From Nemertoderma westbladi (lineage: Eukaryota > Animalia > Xenacoelomorpha): a stretch of DNA of 36,843 nucleotides. Both the position numbers and the translations under genes were made by a program. How positions within the stretch are numbered: the stretch's first letter is position 1; the number at the start of each line of letters is the position of its first letter. Location of the stretch: NCBI GenBank assembly GCA_032718475.1, contig JAUCBJ010006908.1:1-36843 (forward strand), written 5' to 3'. Of this stretch, positions 21,601 through 32,404 are shown piece after piece. Under the pieces are notes generated by a model. The model was not told the origin of the DNA and did not search any database. It saw nothing but the letters and a program-made list of their open reading frames with translations.

Positions 21601-24600
21601 TATACGCATCGCCGCGTCCGTGACGGGATCCAATGGAGTTGGCAGTATGAATCCCGACCGGTGTGTGTTATACGCGTCGCCCCGTCCGTGACGGGATCCA
21701 ACGGAGTTGGCAGTATGAATCCCGACCGGTGTTTGTGTTATACGCGTCGCCGCGTCACGGAGTTGGCAGTATGAATCCCGACCGGTGTGTGTTATACGCG
21801 TCGCCGCGTCCGTGACGGGATCCAACGGAGTTGGCAGTATGAATCCCGACCGGTGTGTGTTATACGCGTCGCCGCGTCTGTGACGGGATCCAACGGAGTT
21901 GGCAGTATGGATCCCGACCGGTGTGTGTTATACGCGTCGCCGCGTCCGTGACGGGATCCAACGGAGTTGGCAGTATGAATCCCGACCGGTGTGTGTTATA
22001 CGCGTCGCCGCGTCACGGAGTTGGCAGTATGGATCCCGACCGGTGTGTGTTATACGCGTCGCCGCGTCTGTGACGGGATCCAACGGAGTTGGCAGTATGG
22101 ATCCCGACCGGTGTGTGTTATACGCGTCGCCGCGTCCGTGACGGGATCCAACGGAGTTGGCAGTATGAATCCCGACCGGTGTGTGTTATACGCGTCGCCG
22201 CGTCACGGAGTTGGCAGTATGGATCCCGACCGGTGTGTGTTATACGCGTCGCCGCGTCCGTGACGGGATCCAACGGAGTTGGCAGTATGGATCCCGACCG
22301 GTGTGTGTTATACGCGTCGCCGCGTCCGTGACGGGATCCAACGGAGTTGGCAGTATGAATCCCGACCGGTGTGTGTTATACGCGTCGCCGCGTCATGGAG
22401 TTGGCAGTATGGATCCCGACCGGTGTGTGTTATACGCGTCGCCGCGTCCGTGACGGGATCCAACGGAGTTGGCAGTATGAATCCCGACCGGTGTGTGTTA
22501 TACGCGTCGCCGCGTCCGTGACGGGATCCAACGGAGTTGGCAGTATGAATCCCGACCGGTGTGTGTTATACGCGTCGCCGCGTCCGTGACGGGATCCAAC
22601 GGAGTTGGCAGTATGAATCCCGACCGGTGTGTGTTATACGCGTCGCCGCGTCCGTGACGGGATCCAACGGAGTTGGCAGTATGAATCCCGACCGGTGTGT
22701 GTTATACGCGTCGCCGCGTCCGTGACGGGATCCAACGGAGTTGGCAGTATGAATCCCGACCGGAGTGTGTTATACGCGTCGCCGCGTCCGTGACGGGATC
22801 CAACGGAGTTGGCAGTATGGATCCCGACCAGTGTGTGTTATACGCGTCGCCCCTTCTGTGACGGGATCCAACGGAGTTGGCAGTATGAATCCCGACCGGA
22901 GTGTGTTATACGCGTCGCCGCGTCCGTGACGGGATCCAACGGAGTTGGCAGTATGGATCCCGACCGGTGTGTGTTATACGCGTCGCCGCGTCACGGAGTT
23001 GGCAGTATGGATCCCGACCGGTGTGTGTTATACGCGTCGCCGCGTATGTGACGGGATCCAACGGAGTTGGCAGTATGAATCCCGACCGGTGTGTGTTATA
23101 CGCGTCGCCGCGTCCGTGACGGGATCCAACGGAGTTGGCAGTATGAATCCCGACCGGTGTGTGTTATACGCGTCGCCCCGTCCGTGACGGGATCCAACGG
23201 AGTTGGCAGTATGGATCCCGACCGGTGTGTGTTATACGCGTCGCCGCGTCCGTGACGGGATCCAACGGAGTTGGCAGTATGGATCCCGACCGGTGTGTGT
23301 TATACGCGTCGCCGCGTCCGTGACGGGATCCAACGGAGTTGGCAGTATGGATCCCGACCGGTGTGTGTTATACACGTCCCCGCGTCCGTGACGGGATCCA
23401 ACGGAGTTGGCAGTATGAATCCCGACCGGTGTGTGTTATACGCGTCGCCGCGTCCGTGACGGGATCCAACGGAGTTGGCAGTATGGATCCCGACCGGTGT
23501 GTGTTATACGCGTCGCCGCGTCCGTGACGGGATCCAACGGAGTTGGCAGTATGGATCCCGACCGGTGTGTGTTATACGCGTCGCCGCGTCCGTGACGGGA
23601 TCCAACGGAGTTGGCAGTATGAATCCCGACCGGTGTGTGTTATACGCGTCGCCGCGTCACGGAGTTGGCAGTATGAATCCCGACCGGTGTGTGTTATACG
23701 CGTCGCCGAGTCCGTGACGGGATCCAACGGAGTTGGCAGTATGAATCCCGACCGGTGTGTGTTATACGCGTCGCCGCGTCACGGAGTTGGCAGTATGGAT
23801 CCCGACCGGTGTGTGTTATACGCGTCGCCGCGTCCGTGACGGGATCCAACGGAGTTGGCAGTATGGATCCCGACCGGTGTGTGTTATACGCGTCGCCGCG
23901 TCACGGAGTTGGCAGTATGGATCCCGACCGGTGTGTGTTATACGCGTCGCCGCGTCCGTGACGGGATCCAACGGAGTTGGCAGTATGGATCCCGACCGGT
24001 GTGTGTTATACGCGTCGCCGCGTCACGGAGTTGGCAGTATGGATCCCGACCGGTGTGTGTTATACGCGTCGCCGCGTCCGTGACGGGATCCAACGGAGTT
24101 GGCAGTATGAATCCCGACCGGTGTGTGTTATACGCGTCGCCGCGTCCGTGACGGGATCCAACGGAGTTGGCAGTATGAATCCCGACCAGAGTGTGTTATA
24201 CGCGTCGCCGCGTCCGTGACGGGATCCAACGGAGTTGGCAGTATGAATCCCGACCGGAGTGTGTTATACGCGTCGCCGCGTCCGTGACGGGATCCAACGG
24301 AGTTGGCAGTATGAATCCCGACCAGAGTGTGTTATACGCGTCGCCGCGTCCGTGACGGGATCCAACGGAGTTGGCAGTATGAATCCCGACCGGAGTGTGT
24401 TATACGCGTCGCCGCGTCCGTGACGGGATCCAACGGAGTTGGCAGTATGAATCCCGACCGGTGTGTGTTATACGCGTCGCCGCGTCCGTGACGGGATCCA
24501 ACGGAGTTGGCAGTATGAATCCCGACCGGTGTGTGTTATACGCGTCGCCGCGTCCGTGACGGGATCCAACGGAGTTGGCAGTATGAATCCCGACCAGAGT

Positions 24601-27600
24601 GTGTTATACGCGTCGCCGCGTCCGTGACGGGATCCAACGGAGTTGGCAGTATGGATCCCGACCGGTGTGTGTTATACGCGTCGCCGCGTCTGTGACGGGA
24701 TCCAACGGAGTTGGCAGTATGAATCCCGACCGGAGTGTGTTATACGCGTCGCCGCGTCCGTGACGGGATCCAACGGAGTTGGCAGTATGAATCCCGACCG
24801 GAGTGTGTTATACGCGTCGCCGCGTCCGTGACGGGATCCAACGGAGTTGGCAGTATGAATCCCGACTGGTGTGTGTTATACGCGTCGCCGCGTCCGTGAC
24901 GGGATCCAACGGAGTTGGCAGTATGGATCCCGACCGGTGTGTGTTATACGCGTCGCCGCGTCACGGAGTTGGCAGTATGGATCCCGACCGGTGTGTGTTA
25001 TACGCGTCGCCGCGTCCGTGACGGGATCCAACGGAGTTGGCAGTATGGATCCCGACCGGTGTGTGTTATACGCGTCGCCGCGTCACGGAGTTGGCAGTAT
25101 GGATCCCGACCGGTGTGTGTTATACGCGTCGCCGCGTATGTGACGGGATCCAACGGAGTTGGCAGTATGAATCCCGACCGGTGTGTGTGTTATACGCGTC
25201 GCCGCGTCCGTGACGGGATCCAACGGAGTTGGCAGTATGAATCCCGACCGGTGTGTGTTATACGCGTCGCCCCGTCCGTGACGGGATCCAACGGAGTTGG
25301 CAGTATGGATCCCGACCGGTGTGTGTTATACGCGTCGCCGCGTCCGTGACGGGATCCAACGGAGTTGGCAGTATGAATCCCGACCGGTGTGTGTTATACG
25401 CGTCGCCCCGTCCGTGACGGGATCCAACGGAGTTGGCAGTATGAATCCCGACCGGAGTGTGTTATACGCGTCGCCGCGTCCGTGACGGGATCCAACGGAG
25501 TTGGCAGTATGGATCCCGACCGGTGTGTGTTATACGCGTCGCCGCGTCGCGGAGTTGGCAGTATGGATCCCGACCGGTGTGTGTTATACGCGTCGCCGCG
25601 TATGTGACGGGATCCAACGGAGTTGGCAGTATGAATCCCGACCGGTGTGTGTGTTATACGCGTCGCCGCGTCCGTGACGGGATCCAACGGAGTTGGCAGT
25701 ATGAATCCCGACCGGTGTGTGTTATACGCGTCGCCCCGTCCGTGACGGGATCCAACGGAGTTGGCAGTATGAATCCCGACCGGAGTGTGTTATACGCGTC
25801 GCCGCGTCCGTGACGGGATCCAACGGAGTTGGCAGTATGGATCCCGACCGGTGTGTGTTATACGCGTCGCCGCGTCACGGAGTTGGCAGTATGGATCCCG
25901 ACCGGTGTGTGTTATACGCGTCGCCGCGTATGTGACGGGATCCAACGGAGTTGGCAGTATGAATCCCGACCGGTGTGTGTGTTATACGCGTCGCCGCGTC
26001 CGTGACGGGATCCAACGGAGTTGGCAGTATGAATTCCGACCGGTGTGTGTTATACGCGTCGCCCCGTCCGTGACGGGATCCAACGGAGTTGGCAGTATGG
26101 ATCCCGACCGGTGTGTGTTATACGCGTCGCCGCGTCCGTGACGGGATGCAACGGAGTTGGCAGTATGGATCCCGACCGGTGTGTGTTATACGCGTCGCCA
26201 CGTCCGTGACGGGATCCAACGGAGTTGGCAGTATGGATCCCGACCGGTGTGTGTTATACGCGTCGCCGCGTCCGTGACGGGATCCAACGGAGTTGGCAGT
26301 ATGGATCCCGACCGGTGTGTGTTATACGCGTCGCCGCGTCCGTGACGGGATCCAACGGAGTTGGCAGTATGGATCCCGACCGGTGTGTGTTATACGCGTC
26401 GCCGCGTCCGTGACGGGATCCAACGGAGTTGGCAGTATGGATCCCGACCGGTGTGTGTTATACGCGTCGCCGCGTCCGTGACGGGATCCAACGGAGTTGG
26501 CAGTATGGATCCCGACCGGTGTGTGTTATACGCGTCGCCGCGTCCGTGACGGGATCCAACGGAGTTGGCAGTATGGATCCCGACCGGTGTGTGTTATACG
26601 CGTCGCCGCGTCCGTGACGGGATCCAACGGAGTTGGCAGTATGGATCCCGACCGGTGTGTGTTATACGCGTCGCCGCGTCATGGAGTTGGCAGTATGGAT
26701 CCCGACCGGTGTGTGTGTTATATACGTCGCCGCGTCTGTAGGCTGCCGGGATCCAACGGAGTTGGCAGTATGGATCCCGAACAGTGTGTGTTATACGCAT
26801 CGCCGCGTCACGGAGTTGGCAGTATGGATCCCGACTGGTGTGTGTTATACGCGTCGCCGCGTCACGGAGTTGGCAGTATGAATCCCGACCGGTGTGTGTG
26901 TTATACGCGTCGCTGCGTCACGGAGTTGGCAGTATGGATCCCGACCGGTGTGTGTTATACGCGTCGCCGCGTCATGGAGTTGGCAGTATGAATCCCGACC
27001 AGTGTGTGTTATACGCGTCGCCGCGTCACGGAGTTGGCAGTATGAATCCCGACCGGTGTGTGTTATACGCGTCGCCGCGTCACGGAGTTGGCAGTATGAA
27101 TTCCGACCAGTGTGTGTTATACGCGTCGCCGCGTCACGGAGTTGGCAGTATGAATTCCGACCGGTGTGTGTTATACGCGTCGCCGCGTCACGGAGTTGGC
27201 AGTATGGATCCCGACCGGTGTGTGTTATACGCGTCGCCGCGTCTGTGACGGGATCCAACGGAGTTGGCAGTATGGATCCCGACCGGTGTGTGTTATACTC
27301 GTCGCCGCGTCACGGAGTTGGCAGTATGAATCCCGACCGGTGTGTGTTATACGCGTCGCCGCGTCCGTGACGGTATCCAACGGAGTTGGCAGTATGGATC
27401 CCGACCGGTGTTTGTGTTATACGCGTCGCCGCGTCACGGAGTTGGCAGTATGGATCCCGACCGGTGTGTGTTATACGCGTCGCCCGACGGGATCCAACGG
27501 AGTTGGCAGTATGAATCCCGACCGGTGTGTGTTATACGCGTCGCCGCGTCCGTGACGGGATCCAACGGAGTTGGCAGTATGGATCCCGACCGGTGTGTGT

Positions 27601-30461
27601 TATACGCGTCGCCCGACGGGATCCAACAGAGTTGGCAGTATGGATCCCGACCGGTGTGTGTTATATGCGTCGCCCGACGGGATCCAACGGAGTTGGCAGT
27701 ATGGATCCCGACCGGTGTGTGTTATACGCGTCGCCCGACGGGATCCAATGGAGTTGGCAGTATGGATCCCGACCGGTGTTTGTGTTATACGCGTCGCCGC
27801 GTCACGGAGTTGGCAGTATGGATCCCGACCGGTGTGTGTTATACGCGTCGTCGCGTCACGGAGTTGGCAGTATGAATCCCGACCGGTGTGTGTTATACGC
27901 GTCGCCGCGTCACGGAGTTGGCAGTATGTATCCCGACCGGTGTGTGTTATACGCGTCGCCGCGTCACGGAGTTGGCAGTATGGATCCCGACCGGTGTGTG
28001 TTATACGCGTCATCGCGTCACGGAGTTGGCAGTATGGATCCCGACCGGTGTGTGTTATACGCGTCGTCGCGTCACGGAGTTGGCAGTATGGATCCCGACC
28101 GGTGTGTGTTATACGCGTCGCCGCGTCCGTGACGGGATCCAACGGAGTTGGCAGTAATGAATCCCGACCGGTGTGTGTTATACGCGTCGCCCGACGGGAT
28201 CCAACGGAGTTGGCAGTATGGATCCCGACCGGTGTGTGTTATACGCGTCGCCCGACGGGATCCAACAGAGTTGGCAGTATGAATCCCGACCGGTGTTTGT
28301 TATACGCGTCGCCCGACAGGATCCAACGGAGTTGGCAGTATGGATCCCGACCGGTGTGTGTTATACGCGTCGCCCGACGGGATCCAACGGAGTTGGCAGT
28401 ATGGATCCCGACCGGTGTTTGTGTTATACGCGTCGCCGCGTCACGGAGTTGGCAGTATGGATCCCGACCAGTGTGTGTTATACGCGTCGTCGCGTCACGG
28501 AGTTGGCAGTATGAATCCCGACCGGTGTGTGTTATACGCGTCGCCGCGTCACGGTGTTGGCAGTATGGATCCCGACCAGTGTGTGTTATACGCGTCGCCG
28601 CGTCACGGAGTTGGCAGTATGGATCCCGACCGGTGTGTGTTATACGCGTCGTCGCGTCACGGAGTTGGCAGTATGGATCCCGACCAGTGTGTGTTATACG
28701 CGTCGTCGCGTCACGGAGTTGGCAGTATGGATCCCGACCGGTGTGTGTTATACGCGTCGCCTCGTCCGTGACGGGATCCAACGGAGTTGGCAGTAATGAA
28801 TCCCGACCGGTGTGTGTTATACGCGTCGCCCGACGGGATCCAACGGAGTTGGCAGTATGGATCCCGACCGGTGTGTGTTATACGCGTCGCCCGACGGGAT
28901 CCAACAGAGTTGGCAGTATGAATCCCGACCGGTGTTTGTGTTATACGCGTCGCCGCGTCACGGAGTTGGCAGTATGGATCCCGACCGGTGTGTGTTATAC
29001 GCGTCGCCGCGTCTGTGACGGGATCCAACGGAGTTGGCAGTAATGAATCCCGACTGGTGTGTGTTATACGCGTCGCCCGACGGGATCCAACGGAGTTGGC
29101 AGTATGGATCCCGACCGGTGTGTGTTATACGCGTCGCCCGACGGGATCCAACGGAGTTGGCAGTATGGATCCCGACCGGTGTGTGTTATACGCGTCGCCG
29201 CGTCACGGAGTTGGCATTATGGATCCCGACCGGTGTGTGTGTTATACGCGTCGCCGCGTCTGTAGGCTGCCGGGATCCAACGGAGTTGGCAGTATGGATC
29301 CCGACCGGTGTGTGTTATACGCGTCGCCGCGTCACGGAGTTGGCAGTATGGATCCCGACCGGTGTGTGTTATACGCGTCGCCGCGTCACGGAGTTGGCAG
29401 TATGAATCCCGACTGGTGTGTGTTATACGCGTCGCCGCGTCACGGAGTTGGCAGTATGGATCCCGACCGGTGTGTGTTATACGCGTCGCCGCGTCACGGA
29501 GTTGGCAGTATGGATCCCGACCGGTGTGTGTTATACGCGTCGCCGCGTCATGGAGTTGGCAGTATGGATCCCGACCGGTGTGTGTGTTATACACGTCGCC
29601 GCGTCTGTAGGCTGCCGGGATCCAACGGAGTTGGCAGTATGGATCCCGACCAGTGTGTGTTATACGCATCGCCGCGTCACGGAGTTGGCAGTATGGATCC
29701 CGACTGGTGTGTGTTATACGCGTCGCCGCGTCACGGAGTTGGCAGTATGAATCCCGACCGGTGTTTGTGTTATACGCGTCGCTGCGTCACGGAGTTTGCA
29801 GTATGGATCCCGACCGGTGTGTGTTATACGCGTCGCCGCGTCATGGAGTTGGCAGTATGAATCCCGACCAGTGTGTGTTATACGCGTCGCCGCGTCACGG
29901 AGTTGGCAGTATGAATCCCGACCGGTGTGTGTTATACGCGTCGCCGCGTCACGGAGTTGGCAGTATGAATTCCGACCAGTGTGTGTTATACGCGTCGCCG
30001 CGTCACGGAGTTGGCAGTATGAATTCCGACCGGTGTGTGTTATACGCGTCGCCGCGTCAAGGAGTTGGCAGTATGAATCCCGACCGGTGTTTGTGTTATA
30101 CGCGTCGCCGCGTCTGTAGGCTGCCGGGATCCAACGGAGTTGGCAGTATGAATCCCGACCGGTGTGTGTTATACGCGTCGCCGCGTCACGGAGTTGGCAG
30201 TATGAATCCCAACTGGTGTGTGTGTTATACGCGTCGTCGCGTCCGTAGGCTGCTAAAGCTGTAGTCTGGATATAAAAGGCCGAAAGGCTGTTGAAATAAC
30301 TGAGTTTTTACTGTCAGTCGTTATAATCACAGAACATAATAATAGCACAGTCAGAACATAATAGCACGGTAGTGATGACGGTTAAAAACCGTTCCGGTCT
30401 CACAAGTGTATAGAAACCAACTGAATCAGAATCAATAAGTTCAACGGTTATATTATTAACA
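18670..30461 (+). mobile_element. Putative solo LTR whose U3 repeats have expanded into the satellite
   Basis: TGTT...AACA termini with CATA on both sides (18666-18669, 30462-30465); TATAAAAG at 30271 directly after the array; Inr-like TGAGT/TCAGT at 30301 and 30314; AATAAG at about 30434. Confidence 0.55.
18673..30250. repeat. 11.6-kb CpG-rich satellite; 68-bp unit GTGACGGGATCCAACGGAGTTGGCAGTATG(A/G)ATCCCGACCGGTGTGTGTTATACGCGTCGCCGCGTCC with 54-bp, 60-bp and longer TGTAGGCTGCC-containing variants
   Basis: Read directly; ORF-track offsets of 68, 122 and 190 confirm the periods. Confidence 0.97.
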
Positions 30462-30585
30462 CATATTACTCACCTCTACTCTACTGAGTGGCCTGTCCAA
30501 TAGATGCGCTCTAATCACTTCCAATGTGTTTCCCACCCATCATTGGCTTAACCTGATTAATTGTCACCTCGCCACTCCCGCTTGC

Positions 30586-31166
30586 CTACTACTAGGATCG
30601 GTATGCTGCATTGCAGCTGCATTTTTAAGAATGCTGTGCCGGCTTATCGACAAAATTGCACCGCCACAACTCCCTATCACCCATGACATTTGCTAGATCA
30701 TCCGCATCTTCAAGGCCAGTGTCCTTTAAGATGCGTCTCAAGAAAGTCATGGGCTGTCCACCATGCTTATTCACTCCATGAGGCTGCCAAAGTACAAGAT
30801 TATGCACTGGCTGGTCCTCACGGCGAAAGCAATGTCCTGCAAAGCGGAGGCGATTTTGTTCTAGTGTCAAGCTTGGGGGAACCAATGAGACACCTCCAAT
30901 GTTATATAGTGTCTGGTTGGAGATGTGTGCTTTGTACTTGACACAATGAACCCGGCCTATCATTCTTGTGAATGTGCCATCCAGAGATTTGGTGTCCTCA
31001 GCCATTAGAGCCCAGCATGGACTCCCATAGAGGAGTACTGGAACTACTGCTGCTCTAAATAATCGTACCTTAAGTTTCCGATTAATTCTCGTTGACTTCC
31101 AAATCCTGGAAAGCCTATTCAAGGCTACCCATGCCTTTCCCTTACGTATTCGAAGGTCCTCACCTG
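30586..31166 (-). mobile_element. 5'-truncated RTE-clade LINE, copy C
   Basis: Translation nearly identical to the C-terminus of copies A and B; same 3' UTR and (TAG)3 tail. Confidence 0.9.
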
Positions 31167-31708
31167 TTCGCGCTTTCAGACCTTTGGCAGTTTAACCCGC
31201 CAAATTATGATGTCTTCTAGATAATAAATCACTTTTAGCCTATGACAAGTATTTAATTCACTACACTAGTCGAAACCAATCTGTGCGCGATCATTCACCC
31301 GCTGGATATACCCGGGAGATTGGGTTCGACGGCTTAATCTTATTGCTATGTAAGCTTAATGTATTATTCGACTGACAGTATTATATAATCTCTGACAATA
31401 TTATTCACCTTCGGGGAATATTAACAGTTCCTTTAGGACGTGGCGCTCTATCTATATAAACAGAGTTATGACTTAAACTACTCACAACGATATGGCTTAG
31501 TTATAATTCACATATATGGCGCATTCTTTAGGAAATGCTTCGTTATCAGACTCACTCATACACAATGCTGCACAATACTGCACACTGATCTGCCGATCTT
31601 CACTGATTTTAGCCACGTATAAAAGGAACACGGACCGAATCATGTAGGGTCTATCAAATAACATTAGATTCACTTCAAACCACTTTAACATAAGTCACAA
31701 TCGTTATA

Positions 31709-32334
31709 TGTAACCTTTCTCTCTTACCTTCGGTATATCAAGAATATTGGGTTTCGGGGTTATTTATCGTTATTCCAAATATAATAATTCATCAACCATA
31801 TTATGAAGAACTGACAGTAAATAGCAGTATAACAATATAAAAGTATGCACAGTAATTCAGTGTGCGTTAAGTTCATTAGTTTGATATTAAGTGTTGTGAT
31901 AACGGATATATGCCCTTTATAATTAAGCCTACTAGTGTTAGACTAAAACAGAAAAGCACAAAATATTTACAAGCCGTTCTCTCCTGGCTTAGGAAAGAAA
32001 GACCAACAACACTGAAAACTGATAAGAATAACCTTATTTACAAAGGCTTCCACCCAACACAGAGAAAGAGCATAAAGATAGGAAAATTCAGTTCAGTAGA
32101 TCTGTGATAGGTCGAAATCAAAATCAACTCAAATCCTATAGGCAGATACTTTCCCAAGCTGGTTGGACAATCAAACGTAGCCCAGATCCCTTCGCACAGC
32201 GAATCAGCCAATCAGCCGGTAGCTTGCGCTATTCGAGTTATAGATCCCTTTTTAGAGTATTCTAGCGACTGGGGGGGAACTGGTTAGCAAGGCAAACGAA
32301 TCAGTTATCCCACAAAAGCTTTTACACCGCTCCC
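31709..32334 (-). mobile_element. Putative polypurine tract and 3' LTR of an LTR retrotransposon extending beyond the right window edge
   Basis: Minus strand TTTTCT-GGGAGCGG|TGTAAAAG (LTR start 32326), about 70 nt after the long ORF stop. Candidate end ...GAAAGGTTACA at 31709 (alternative ...GCTTACA at 31349). CCAAT box near 32209. The second LTR is not in the window. Confidence 0.45.
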
Positions 32335-32404
32335 AGAAAATGGGATTTAAGTCTATAAAATATACAAAATCACAATTTCTAATATACATAAATACTCCAA
32401 ACAA

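Noticed and set aside
13880-30250. CRISPR-like appearance of the two satellites
   Set aside because: No unique spacers between repeats, no cas genes, and a eukaryotic context.
18594-30264. Dozens of overlapping ORFs up to 490 aa
   Set aside because: They are translations of the satellite in all frames; the longer ones arise only where 54- and 60-bp units (multiples of 3) predominate.
18673-30404. Alternative LTR ends TGTGA...TCACA
   Set aside because: The flanks (TATGT vs AGTGT) give no TSD, unlike the 18670-30461 boundaries.
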